Positions 22,306 to 31,833 of a stretch of DNA of 48,220 bases are shown here, in pieces. The notes beneath the pieces are model-generated. The model was not told the origin of the DNA. It searched no databases and worked only from the letters and a program-made list of their open reading frames with translations. The DNA lies in the IMG/VR virus record IMGVR_UViG_3300009285_000016, positions 1 through 48,220 of that record; one strand, 5' to 3'. Position numbers and translations under genes: made by a program. This DNA is from a virus. Each line of letters starts with the position of its first letter. The stretch's first letter is position 1.

Positions 22306-23211
22306 CTAGGCAGTTCGTTTCCACATATAAACCACAATGTAAGGTTGAAGATTGTTGTGGGCACCGCCGCCGCCGGCATTCTGATTAACAGCTGTAGCTG
22401 TTTGATTAGTGGCCGTAGTGCTTCCCGACACTTTAGTACCAAGGGTTGAAGAGGTATCAGTAGACAAGGCGATGTTTGTTGTAGCGCCACCCGTTGTGGC
22501 ATCTCGCAACTGAGTTAAAACGTGGCTGTGTGCATCTTGCGTGTGATTATGGCTATCTTGAATGTGTGTGTGCGCGGGTATCTCAGACGTAGTTAACGTG
22601 TGAGTTTTAGCTCCACCTGTCTCTTCTGCTGTGTCAAAATCAGTGTCACCACTATTTAATCCTATGAGAACACGTCCGGCACCGAAGGCTGCCCAAGTGC
22701 CATAACCCAATAAAGTGGCTGGGGCTGTAGCAACTACTGCTATAAAAACGGCGCCAACAGGGAAAGCCTCACTACCCCCAGGCACAGAGGCAAAAGAGCC
22801 GTCTGCGCGCAAAAAGGTGCTAGTACCCCCAGGGTACTTTTGCATTAGACCATGTGCCGATGCGCTAGCATTCAAAGTGGTCACATCAGTGGGGGCGGCT
22901 AGCTCATCCAATTTTACAGCGTCACTACCGCCGGACTTGTGACTAGTTGCGTGAGTTGTGGCAGCTTTAGCATCTAAAGCTGTTTGTAGGTCTGTCTGAG
23001 CGCTTAATGTTCCGGTGATATCACCCCACGCTGAGGCGCCTCCGGGTGGCGTGGCCCAAGTCCTGTCGCCACGTAGGAACTTGGTAGAATCGGCTGTCCC
23101 ACTACCTAATGTGGTGGCGGCAATTAATCCAGACGAAAGTTCAGGCAATAGATTGCCGGTAGGGCCAAGCACTCCTTGGCCGACACACCCAATTTGATAT
23201 TCACCAGCCAT
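22306..23211 (-). CDS. Tail fibre protein with a C-terminal tail-collar-type domain (301 aa)
   Basis: FLRGDRTWATPP and FLRADGSFASVP fibre repeats. The collar-like FPVGAVF...LLGYGTW...GRVLIG...GGAKTHTLT..EIPAHTH...H.H...GGGGAHNNLQPYIVVYMWKRT matches the Collar/MdpB pattern. Confidence 0.75.
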   Translation of the reverse strand: MAGEYQIGCVGQGVLGPTGNLLPELSSGLIAATTLGSGTADSTKFLRGDRTWATPPGGASAWGDITGTLSAQTDLQTALDAKAATTHATSHKSGGSDAVKLDELAAPTDVTTLNASASAHGLMQKYPGGTSTFLRADGSFASVPGGSEAFPVGAVFIAVVATAPATLLGYGTWAAFGAGRVLIGLNSGDTDFDTAEETGGAKTHTLTTSEIPAHTHIQDSHNHTQDAHSHVLTQLRDATTGGATTNIALSTDTSSTLGTKVSGSTTATNQTATAVNQNAGGGGAHNNLQPYIVVYMWKRTA

Positions 23212-23213
23212 GA

Positions 23214-24491
23214 TTAACCGTTAGCTGAGCGTGACTGTTCAACCCAAACAAGTGCAGCGGCAGCTCCGACAGGCAGATACACGAGTGTAATAGTGGAGCA
23301 GACTCCACTTGTAAAGTTACCGTTGAGACAGAGTTGCCCAACGGTAGCACCAGCTACAGCCGTATCGGTTAAAGTGATGCCGGTAGTAGTGCTGCACAAA
23401 ACGAGTTGCATGCCACTAACGCCACCAGTGATGGTAGTAATTGTGCTAGTACCGCTTGTTTGTGAAATAGTGTGTAAACTTCGCGTAATAGCAAACGTAG
23501 TATCAGTGTTGGCGATAGAAATCGCGCTGGTAGTATGACTAAATTTGGTGGTATTTACTAGAGTACCATTGGCACTTAGAGCACCAGTAATAGCCACCGT
23601 AGAAGACATTGCGACGTGATTACTAAAAGTCCAAGAAGAACCTGAAGGACCGACAAAAGTGTTAATGCCTGTGCCGGCAAGTAAAATATAAGACCCTAGG
23701 ACTGGTCCACTACGAATATAGACATCCCCATTAGCGCCAGCGGTAATAGCTCCTTCTTCCGCGCCCATGGTGGTAGCTATGCTCAATTGCCACGTTGTGG
23801 GGTCAGCAACCACTGAGACAACAGCCCCAGAAGAAGTGGCACTAATACCAGCTAGTGCGTTTAATGCCGCAGCGAGACTTGTAGCAGTGGCGGTGGTTGA
23901 AGTATCAGTGCTCCATTGATTGGCGCCAGCAGCCCCGGCCACAGCAGTTTGTGCGGTCAAAGCAGTGCCGTTAACTGAAACAGTTACGGTGTCAACACTG
24001 TCATCAATGGCGTCATTATCTACAATAGTAATAAAGCGGGTGCCAATGCCAGCAGCTAATGTAAGTGTACTTCCAGTTTGATTGGTGCCAGTTCCCGCTG
24101 GAGCACTATTGGGTGCTTTTATCAAAAGGTCTGGTGGGTCGACATCTGTCGTAGGGTCACGGCCACGTACTTCATTATGAGTCAATAAAAGTGCTTGATA
24201 TGGTTTAGTGGCATCAGCACTTTGAATATCTATTGTGGGGTCTGTTTGAGCCGGAAGCGCAAAGTCAGTTTGCATGTCCGCTTTTTCACAGACAACTAGC
24301 GTATTACTGTCGCTACTCACTCCAAGCTTGAGGGTATCCGGCGTATTCGCTGTATCATACTCAAGAGCCGCGTCACTCCCTGTACCGAAAACAAGCTGTT
24401 TATCATCTTGCAGCGTAGTGTTACCACTTAAAGTTCCGCCCTCAAGCGGTAAACCACTAGACTGTGGATTGATTGTCAGTAGCTTAGGCAT
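23214..24491 (-). CDS. Tail fibre / tail spike-like protein (425 aa), Thr/Ala/Gly-rich
   Basis: Position between virion internal proteins and the collar fibre. Beta-rich low-charge composition. N-terminus LPLEGGTLSGNTTL...LVFGTGSDAALEYD is typical of fibre adaptors. Confidence 0.55.
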   Translation of the reverse strand: MPKLLTINPQSSGLPLEGGTLSGNTTLQDDKQLVFGTGSDAALEYDTANTPDTLKLGVSSDSNTLVVCEKADMQTDFALPAQTDPTIDIQSADATKPYQALLLTHNEVRGRDPTTDVDPPDLLIKAPNSAPAGTGTNQTGSTLTLAAGIGTRFITIVDNDAIDDSVDTVTVSVNGTALTAQTAVAGAAGANQWSTDTSTTATATSLAAALNALAGISATSSGAVVSVVADPTTWQLSIATTMGAEEGAITAGANGDVYIRSGPVLGSYILLAGTGINTFVGPSGSSWTFSNHVAMSSTVAITGALSANGTLVNTTKFSHTTSAISIANTDTTFAITRSLHTISQTSGTSTITTITGGVSGMQLVLCSTTTGITLTDTAVAGATVGQLCLNGNFTSGVCSTITLVYLPVGAAAALVWVEQSRSANG

Positions 24492-24898
24492 TAGAGCACC
24501 GCGAGCTTGGCTTTAAGCGTTAACAAGTCCGTAGTTCCATCTGTCATTGTTACCTTAAGCCGCATAAAGCTGTAGTTCACGCCGAGAGAAACAGTAAAGT
24601 TTTCTGAAGCTGTAACTGTGCGCTCCCACTGGAATTGTGTCAAAGTTGACACACCAGCCGCAACAGACTCGGACGCAATTCTGTGCCAAGTCGTGCCCTT
24701 GTCGTCACTGTACTCAGGGATGATGGTGATTTTACTGGACGCTACCCAAGTCAATGCACAACTCAGCGTCAACTCGTTGTAACCACTAACGTCAAAGCTG
24801 CTGGAAGTGGTTGTGGAACTGCCTGTTATAGCGCTGAGTCCAAGGAGACCGGCGCTAATGTCTGCCTGTCTAATATATTGCTGCGGACCTAATGACAT
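24491..24898 (-). CDS. Virion-associated beta-rich protein (135 aa)
   Basis: Synteny within the tail module. No motif. Confidence 0.45.
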   Translation of the reverse strand: MSLGPQQYIRQADISAGLLGLSAITGSSTTTSSSFDVSGYNELTLSCALTWVASSKITIIPEYSDDKGTTWHRIASESVAAGVSTLTQFQWERTVTASENFTVSLGVNYSFMRLKVTMTDGTTDLLTLKAKLAVL

Positions 24899-24902
24899 TT
24901 TA

Positions 24903-27900
24903 TTACCTCAATTCATAAGAACGTTCGTAAAGTTTTTCTACGCGCTCTTGTTTACGTTTTGTTCTAACAGCTTCCGGTTGATATGCTTCTGGCGAAATCC
25001 CTATTGCCGGAATTGGCATACCTTTTTGTTCATCAAAGGGTATCCAAGCCAAACCCAACGCTCTTGTTGCCGCAAGACGTAGCCGCGTTTCCAAAAAAAC
25101 GTCAAGATTTCCAGCTTCTTTGAACATCTGTGCGATACCGCCAAACCTAGATTGCCGCCAATCGTCTACACTACCAACAAGGGCACGCGCGGGCCTGGGT
25201 GTCATGGTTTTCAAAAAGTCCTTACCCGCTTCAGCCAAATCTTTGTCGTGCCAATCTAGTACAAACATTACAAGTGGTCCAAGCTGGTTTGACAAGCTAT
25301 CGTCCATATCATACTTGATTCCCGCAGTCTTTTCAAGAGCATCCAGAAAGTATAATCCCATGGCCGCAGGCGTCTCCATCTGCATACGAACAAACTGTTC
25401 GGAACCCGGTTCAGGAAGATTTTTTAGGCTGCCGCCCGCCCACTGCTTCAAAACTTGACGTATTGTTTTGGGCTGGGCTGCGAGCGGAGCAGTGAAACTG
25501 GATGCTTCACCGCGCACAGGAGTTCCGGCTTTTTTCACTGGTGCGTACTGCCCCCACTCACGTTCAAATGCGGCGCGGACTTTCTCAAAGTTCGCCATTC
25601 GCACAGGATTTTCAACCAACGATTTAATTGTTAGTGGAACGATAAAACGGTTCCAAGCGTAAAATGGTGCGGCTTCTCGTAAGAAAAAGCGCTCTGTTTG
25701 TGTCATAGCCCGATAGTCACCAGCAAACTTCCGCGTTAATTCCCACGCTTCGCGCCGCGCTACATGTGAAGCCGGGTCTTTAAGAACGTTCATGTAGACA
25801 AGTAGATGCTGGAAATTATCAGATGCTGTCGCAATGTTTTGTAAAGAAGCTCTACCGCCAACATGTCCAAGTGCTTCAGAAGCATCAGCAATGAGTCCTA
25901 ACGGATTCACAAAATCTGCTTTTCCAGCACCATCAAGCGCGGCTCTAAATTCAAACTGATTGATAATGCCGTCAGTTTCCGCAGCTTTTAAAATGTTGCG
26001 TAACGGAAACTTTTTGCCAGAAGCGGGCAGCGTCCACGCAGCATTCAACGCTTTTTCACGAGCGCCTTTAGGCAGCCATTTCGCGCCTATAAGTGTAAGT
26101 GCCGCTGCACCTGGCGCACCCTTGTAAGCTTTTGTACCTGAAGCAAGATAACCTAGAGACAGTGCGCCCCCAAGGTTCTTCGTCCAAAACAGAGGGTTTG
26201 GTACAGTACTCCAAAAACGAAAGTTACGTAAAATAGGGCGCGCTAGATAAGTGTTGAGCCCGCGTAAATAACCACCTACTGCCTCGGGGTCTTTGTAACC
26301 AACGATAGGAAGCAGTTGCTTCAAGCGCTCCGCAACAGGTACGGGGACCATCGTAATTTGCGTACCACGTTTAAAACCGGGCGTACCTGTAATTCGTGTG
26401 TAAACCTCATTAAGCTCTTGATTAAGCTCTGTGAACTCTACACCGTGCTTTTCAAACAACCTCTGTTTTAATTTCGGTAGCTGCGCTGCCAACGCTTCTT
26501 GTGACTTTACATTGGGAGGGTGGTATTCTTTGATAAATCCCAACCCAATTCCCGATTCACGAATCCCTTTAATCTCAGTAGCTTTCTGCGCTTGGCGTGT
26601 AAAGCTCTTTGGCGCAAGAAGGGACATCTCCTCAATCCACTGTTCTTTTAAATTGGGAACGAAAGCTTCAAGAGGAGCACCTTTACGCTCTAAAGTTGAA
26701 CCAGGCAGGAGGCGCGCAAACTTTCTACGAACACCTTTGGTTACGTTTTCGCCGGCTATGGTAGCCGCGTATTCTGGTGTCAATAAACGGTGCGGCGCGT
26801 ACTGCTCAAGCTTCAGAGCTGCTGCGCTTTCAAGTGTCCCTTCGCTAGAGAATTTCTGTCCCACGCCCGTAACTTCACGCAAACCTTGGTGCACAATCTC
26901 CAAGGAATGATGTGCTTCGTAGGCAGTTTTCAGTGCTTCTGGTTGTTTTGCAGCTTTTAATGCTGCTTCATATTCTAGTTTACCATTTGCAAGAAGCCAC
27001 AAAAGTCCTTCGTCATCTTTATGCACCTTACCAAGAACAGCTATTGTGCTCTCCATGGCACGGTGCGCGGCCTTACGTGTTGCGTAAGACTGAATGTAAT
27101 TGTATTTCAATTCTTTAACAAAGGTTGTGCCACGCTCTCCGGCTTTCAAGAGGTCGTCGTAAATCGAACCAAAACGCACAGCCTTTGTTGCTTTACGTCC
27201 TAAAGCAACAATCTTCTCAGCAACTGCTGAAACCCCCGGAATTTTCTTCACGAATTTGGCCGCAGGAAGCAATGGTGCGGCGTTTAACGGGTCCAAAAAC
27301 ACTTCTGAAATAAATTGCGCAGCGTTTGGATGTTCCACCATAACAGCACCAAGGTCACGCGAAAGCTTATCTTTGTAAATGCGCGCGTTTTCCTCGAAAA
27401 ATTTCTCGCGAATCTCTACCGGAGACGGGGGTGCAGACTGTGTATTTTTCCACGCCCGCGCAGAATCTAAAGCCTCTTTAGTTGCTGCGGTACTATATTC
27501 TTTTTGCGCTTCTTCAAAGTATGTCTGGAGCGGCGCGGCCTGTTCAAAAGTTTCCGGTGAAAAAGCTTGTTTACCAGAAGTTACGATGCGTCCTATCGAC
27601 CGCCGAAAGCGTGTCATTGCAGGAAGCTTTTCATACTCTGGAGTTCCTGGTTCCGGCTCGAGATTCGTAAAAGGCTGCGTTGTAGATTCTTTGGTCGGAG
27701 CGCCCTTAGCTTCACGGAGCGCACCCGCGACAATTCCAGTACTCCAACGTCCAGGCGCAGCCATCGCCCGCATCACTTTAGCAGCGCGTGAAACTGGTTG
27801 TTTTAATGGTGGTTTTTGTTCTCCGCGAAGGATTTTTTCCCATTCTTTACCAGAAGCTGCTGTGTCAGAAGACCGCGTTTTTATTTCTTCGCCGCCCTCT

Positions 27901-28223
27901 TTCAGTGCACGCAACATTCCCTCTGATTTTTGTTCTGCTTCAATTGCCTTGCGGTCACGAATTTCTTTGCGTCGCTTGAAATCCGCTTTTACCTTCATAG
28001 AGTATTCTGGGTCTTTTTCATCGAAAGCTTTTACAGCGTCAAGTGCCAATTCTTCGTCGGTAGCAGCACGATAAAATTCTGCTTCACCTGCTGTTCTACG
28101 TTGTTTCGCCTTAAACTTTTGAAGCTTTTTTTCCGCAAAAACTTCACGCATCCGTGGATTACGGCGCGTTATCTCGGCTTCGATTTCCGGAATTTCAGGT
28201 ATATAATCGTACTGACTGGGCAC
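24903..28223 (-). CDS. Large internal virion/ejection protein (T7 gp16-position, 1106 aa)
   Basis: Largest ORF. It lies after the nozzle and small internal proteins and before the fibres, as gp16 does in T7-like genomes. The N-terminus is a charged coiled coil. I see no lytic transglycosylase motif. Confidence 0.5.
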   Translation of the reverse strand: MPSQYDYIPEIPEIEAEITRRNPRMREVFAEKKLQKFKAKQRRTAGEAEFYRAATDEELALDAVKAFDEKDPEYSMKVKADFKRRKEIRDRKAIEAEQKSEGMLRALKEGGEEIKTRSSDTAASGKEWEKILRGEQKPPLKQPVSRAAKVMRAMAAPGRWSTGIVAGALREAKGAPTKESTTQPFTNLEPEPGTPEYEKLPAMTRFRRSIGRIVTSGKQAFSPETFEQAAPLQTYFEEAQKEYSTAATKEALDSARAWKNTQSAPPSPVEIREKFFEENARIYKDKLSRDLGAVMVEHPNAAQFISEVFLDPLNAAPLLPAAKFVKKIPGVSAVAEKIVALGRKATKAVRFGSIYDDLLKAGERGTTFVKELKYNYIQSYATRKAAHRAMESTIAVLGKVHKDDEGLLWLLANGKLEYEAALKAAKQPEALKTAYEAHHSLEIVHQGLREVTGVGQKFSSEGTLESAAALKLEQYAPHRLLTPEYAATIAGENVTKGVRRKFARLLPGSTLERKGAPLEAFVPNLKEQWIEEMSLLAPKSFTRQAQKATEIKGIRESGIGLGFIKEYHPPNVKSQEALAAQLPKLKQRLFEKHGVEFTELNQELNEVYTRITGTPGFKRGTQITMVPVPVAERLKQLLPIVGYKDPEAVGGYLRGLNTYLARPILRNFRFWSTVPNPLFWTKNLGGALSLGYLASGTKAYKGAPGAAALTLIGAKWLPKGAREKALNAAWTLPASGKKFPLRNILKAAETDGIINQFEFRAALDGAGKADFVNPLGLIADASEALGHVGGRASLQNIATASDNFQHLLVYMNVLKDPASHVARREAWELTRKFAGDYRAMTQTERFFLREAAPFYAWNRFIVPLTIKSLVENPVRMANFEKVRAAFEREWGQYAPVKKAGTPVRGEASSFTAPLAAQPKTIRQVLKQWAGGSLKNLPEPGSEQFVRMQMETPAAMGLYFLDALEKTAGIKYDMDDSLSNQLGPLVMFVLDWHDKDLAEAGKDFLKTMTPRPARALVGSVDDWRQSRFGGIAQMFKEAGNLDVFLETRLRLAATRALGLAWIPFDEQKGMPIPAIGISPEAYQPEAVRTKRKQERVEKLYERSYELR

Positions 28224-28229
28224 GTTACA

Positions 28230-29063
28230 CTACTCTTCAAGTAATTTACGCAACGCCTCTTCTTGTGCAGAAGAAAGTCCATCTTCACGCGGTCCTAAAG
28301 TATCGCCAGACGCTTCCTCTTCACCTTCAAGCCCAGTTACTGATAGCGCTTTAATACTACGCTGCGCAATTTCTTCTGCGAGTTGTGGATTCACCACGTT
28401 GAAACTCATGAGTGTAGCTGCGGCAAGCTTCGCCGCATCAGCAGGTTTCCAACCACCATTCTTCAACTGAAAGCTAACTTCTGCTGCTGCCATACGCGCC
28501 AATGATTGTTCTTTTGTGGTCTTTGCCTTTATATATGGCGTCATAACATCTTCAAGAAATGCTCCGCGTTTCCCACTCAGTTTTGCCGAAGCAAGCCGTT
28601 GCTTCTCTAAAGCACTACGCACACCAGATTCCGCCGCAAGTTTTGTGCCAAGAAGTCCTTCGCGGCCAGAACCTTTTATCTTTTCCATACTCTGCATCTG
28701 CTCAAATTTGGCCTGCATCTCGGCCAGGTCTGAGGCCCCGCTAAGTGAACCAGTCAACATGGCATCTTGCTCGCGCGCACCTTCAGGAGCTTCAAAAGCG
28801 GGCACTTCGCCACCCATCCCCTGAATAATAGATGCACTGCGCCCGCGCGAAGTGGCCTCTTTCATGGCCTCTTCTTTTTGCATCAAAGCCAATTTAGAGG
28901 CTTGGTCTATTCCTTGACCCACGCTTTGCGCAAGTTCTCGCTCACGCATTAAACGCCGGTCTTCGTCTGCGCGAGCATAGTCCTGCAAACGGTTCATATA
29001 ACCGAGACGTTGTGCAAACAGCGTATTCAAAAGCTGTTGCTGTGGTAAATTACCGTTGGCCAC
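28230..29063 (-). CDS. Internal virion protein candidate, helical/charged (277 aa)
   Basis: Synteny. GTG start. Confidence 0.45.
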   Translation of the reverse strand: MANGNLPQQQLLNTLFAQRLGYMNRLQDYARADEDRRLMRERELAQSVGQGIDQASKLALMQKEEAMKEATSRGRSASIIQGMGGEVPAFEAPEGAREQDAMLTGSLSGASDLAEMQAKFEQMQSMEKIKGSGREGLLGTKLAAESGVRSALEKQRLASAKLSGKRGAFLEDVMTPYIKAKTTKEQSLARMAAAEVSFQLKNGGWKPADAAKLAAATLMSFNVVNPQLAEEIAQRSIKALSVTGLEGEEEASGDTLGPREDGLSSAQEEALRKLLEE

Positions 29064-29066
29064 GAA

Positions 29067-29585
29067 TTAGCGTCCGCCTGAACCCAACATAGAAATCGAA
29101 GGTGTTGGAGCCATATTCATTGAAGGTGCATAGCCGCCGCGACCGGGAAGGACTGAAGCACGTGGCCCTCCAACGGGTCCGCTTTGACCACTTGCACCGC
29201 CTTGTCCATAAAGATAGTACATCATAAGGGACTGTGGAATCTGTCCAAACATCTGTTCTTGCATGGGACCGGGCGTGTAGTCTCCTCCAGCCATTCCTCC
29301 ACTTAGCGTACCGCCAAGTGCACCGCCTAGAGAATAACCTGCCATAGCACCCATTGGGCCACCAGCAAAGGCTCCTAACGCTGCGCCGCCAAGACCACCG
29401 ACAAGGCTACCAATTGTTCCCCAACCGCTCTTTTTCTTTGCGGCGTTGGCAGCTTTCTCCTGTTGTCTTTGATAGGCGTGCACTTGTGCTTCCCATTTAG
29501 CACGTTCCGCTTCCATTGTTTGTCTGTTAGACCGACTTGCTGCAATAGCAAGTGAGGTTAATCGTTCTGAACCTGGTGTTGCCAT
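29067..29585 (-). CDS. Gly-zipper-rich internal/membrane-active virion protein candidate (172 aa)
   Basis: GWGTIGSLVGGLGGAALGAFAGGPMGAMAGYSLGGALGGTLSGGMAGG is a GxxxG-type glycine-zipper tract. Confidence 0.45.
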   Translation of the reverse strand: MATPGSERLTSLAIAASRSNRQTMEAERAKWEAQVHAYQRQQEKAANAAKKKSGWGTIGSLVGGLGGAALGAFAGGPMGAMAGYSLGGALGGTLSGGMAGGDYTPGPMQEQMFGQIPQSLMMYYLYGQGGASGQSGPVGGPRASVLPGRGGYAPSMNMAPTPSISMLGSGGR

Positions 29586-29589
29586 TTAT

Positions 29590-30597
29590 TTATCCTGCGG
29601 CTTCTCGCCTTGTTTGTAAACCAGCGCGATGTGCCATATCAACAATCACATTGCTTGGCGGCATAACTCCGGTTTCAAGATAATACTTCTTCATTGCGTC
29701 CCTGAGAGCCTGATATTTTCCCTTGTTTTCCGACGTATTGAATAGTGCAATATCAGCCTTTACCAACATTTGGTCAAATGATTCCTTGTCAACAACTGCT
29801 GCGTTCCACTTTGCGTCATTTTCTTGCTGAGAACTACTTTTTCCGGTAATTCCTAAAAATTGTTCTTCAGTAATCTCACCACTCTTAAGCTTTGCAAGCG
29901 CGTTTTCAGGCGTTAAATCTTGCAGATAAGCACGCTCTTCAGCTTCTTGTCCGTGTGTGATGTCTTCTTGACGCTCACTACGGCGCGTCTTTTCAAAGGC
30001 GATTCGTTCCATCAAACCAAGTCGAGCGTTATTATATTGTCCGCGCGCTTGCACGAGATTCTGTTGTCCTGCTGCAAAAGCGCCGCCAAACGCGCCCGCA
30101 AATCCTCCGGCTACAGCAGTCCCCATAGCGCCTTGCATAGCCATTGCACGTCGTTGCATTGCAGCATTTTGTGCCTGCACAAGCCCTTGAGTATCACTCC
30201 AACCCTGCTCTTGTTTCTGCATTAAACCTTCATAAAGCTGGTCTAATTCATTCTGAGGCGCGTTATCAACACTCTTTTGAAAACCCTCCGCTGAAGCCAT
30301 TCCCGCGCCAGTAGCAGAAGAAGGTGCAGCAGCTACATTAGCCGGTCCCGTTCCCTGCTTTCCTGCAAGCATTGATTGATAGACGCCTTGAGGTTGTGAT
30401 TGCTGTGGCTGCGCTAAAGTGCCGCTGCTTGTCGCATTAGGAGCAGGAGCTTGATTTGTCAGACCACCATTTTGAAACACCTGCATAGCATTAGAAGTAG
30501 GTTGTGCAGGAGGGGCTGCCTGCGCCGCACCCTGTGCAGGAGCATGAGCTGCCGCAGTTTCGAGGCGTTTGCGACCAAATGGCATAAAAGAAGACAT
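29590..30597 (-). CDS. Gln/Ala-rich internal virion protein candidate (335 aa)
   Basis: Low-complexity N-terminal half and an AMGTAVAGGFAGAFGGAFAAG tract. Synteny. Confidence 0.45.
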   Translation of the reverse strand: MSSFMPFGRKRLETAAAHAPAQGAAQAAPPAQPTSNAMQVFQNGGLTNQAPAPNATSSGTLAQPQQSQPQGVYQSMLAGKQGTGPANVAAAPSSATGAGMASAEGFQKSVDNAPQNELDQLYEGLMQKQEQGWSDTQGLVQAQNAAMQRRAMAMQGAMGTAVAGGFAGAFGGAFAAGQQNLVQARGQYNNARLGLMERIAFEKTRRSERQEDITHGQEAEERAYLQDLTPENALAKLKSGEITEEQFLGITGKSSSQQENDAKWNAAVVDKESFDQMLVKADIALFNTSENKGKYQALRDAMKKYYLETGVMPPSNVIVDMAHRAGLQTRREAAG

Positions 30598-30598
30598 A

Positions 30599-31222
30599 TT
30601 AAGCTCGTAATCCTGAAGTACGTTTAAGTTTTATCGTTACTGTAAGCGCACTATAAGCAGCACTTAACGCATTAGCCCCAACAGTTGTTAAAAACAACGC
30701 CAAAAATCTTGGTTGAGAAGCATGTAATGTCAAAGCATTCGTAGTTATCGTAGGCGTAAGCTGCTCCATTGCATTGGCCGTAGTAGATGTAAACACACCG
30801 TTTGCGGTAGAAATGATAGTAGATTGTTGCGTCCACGTATTAGCTGCACCAGTAAAATTTCCCCACTCCACTTTAAATACTGTGGTCGCAGCCGCATCAC
30901 CACTGTCTATTAAAGCTGCTGTTGCTGAAAGTATCCCATAACCAACACCATCTGAAGTGCTTCCCGGCAAACCACAAACCGCAACCGGAACTGTAGTTGA
31001 CGTGCCTGGCGCTACGGCTGTAGTTGGTTTTATTTCTAAATTTACCACAAACTCGTAAATAGAATTTGCCAATTGCGCATTGAGAATTCCCGCAGAAGAG
31101 CTTAAATCAGCCGTCGTAATTCCAGCAGCAAACTTGTTCTTAACGTTCGTAAAATTGTCGTTGAGATTGGCTGCGGTAAGAATATCGCCAGTAGCCCAAG
31201 TTTTTGTAAGTGTAAGAGGCAT
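30599..31222 (-). CDS. Virion structural protein (207 aa)
   Basis: The N-terminus TWATGDILTAANLNDNF is a common phage fibre/structural start. Synteny. Confidence 0.45.
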   Translation of the reverse strand: MPLTLTKTWATGDILTAANLNDNFTNVKNKFAAGITTADLSSSAGILNAQLANSIYEFVVNLEIKPTTAVAPGTSTTVPVAVCGLPGSTSDGVGYGILSATAALIDSGDAAATTVFKVEWGNFTGAANTWTQQSTIISTANGVFTSTTANAMEQLTPTITTNALTLHASQPRFLALFLTTVGANALSAAYSALTVTIKLKRTSGLRA

Positions 31223-31833
31223 TAGTAAATCCTAGACGCTTCCATTGTAAAGTATACTACAATTATGGGTGTTCTACCAGCACCAGAAGATAAGAGAGGT
31301 TTATTAAAAATTGCCGGTAATTGCTCGGTGGCTGTTTTAACAAACCACAAATCCGTCAGCGCTTGGTAACTATTTTGACAAGCATAGGCCGCTACGTTAT
31401 CTGACGTACCCGACACAAGAAAATACGGTTGGCGAGAAGGTAGAATTTCTACGGGTTTTGTCAAAGCTACACGCACTGTTCCTGTAGCATCGGTGGGAAA
31501 TTGTACAGCAGTACCAGGAACCAAATCAAATCGTGCTCCCTTTTCTGTGTAACGATAAATCCCTGCACGCGCATAATTTGCAGCGCTGAGTGTAGTAACT
31601 TGAACTGTGGCCCCAACAAGTTTTAATTGTTCATACACAAACAACGGTTGAACAAACCAACGTAAATAATTTGGTATGTTTGCTATACCAGAAGTAATAG
31701 CGCCTCCAGCAGAAAGAAACCAATTCTGTGTTTTGGGAAGTTGTTCTTTTCGCTGACGATAAAATTCTGCTTCAAGAGCGGATGGGCTCTTACCAGAAAA
31801 CACGTCGCCGCCCGGCAAACGAAAATTAACCAT
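31222..31833 (-). CDS. Virion structural protein (203 aa)
   Basis: 1-nt overlaps with both neighbours. No motif. Confidence 0.45.
   Translation of the reverse strand: MVNFRLPGGDVFSGKSPSALEAEFYRQRKEQLPKTQNWFLSAGGAITSGIANIPNYLRWFVQPLFVYEQLKLVGATVQVTTLSAANYARAGIYRYTEKGARFDLVPGTAVQFPTDATGTVRVALTKPVEILPSRQPYFLVSGTSDNVAAYACQNSYQALTDLWFVKTATEQLPAIFNKPLLSSGAGRTPIIVVYFTMEASRIY

Noticed and set aside
27379-28074. 231-aa plus-strand ORF (and several 60-160 aa ORFs) antisense within the 1106-aa gene
   Set aside because: No SD and Ser/Arg/Ala-rich antisense-type composition. They are embedded in a long, well-supported minus-strand gene.
24903-28223. Interpreting the 1106-aa protein as a siphovirus tape measure protein
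   Set aside because: There is no major tail, chaperone-frameshift, Dit or Tal gene set around it. It follows a gp12-like nozzle and small Gly/Gln-rich proteins, and it precedes the fibres. That is the T7-like internal-core (gp16) position.
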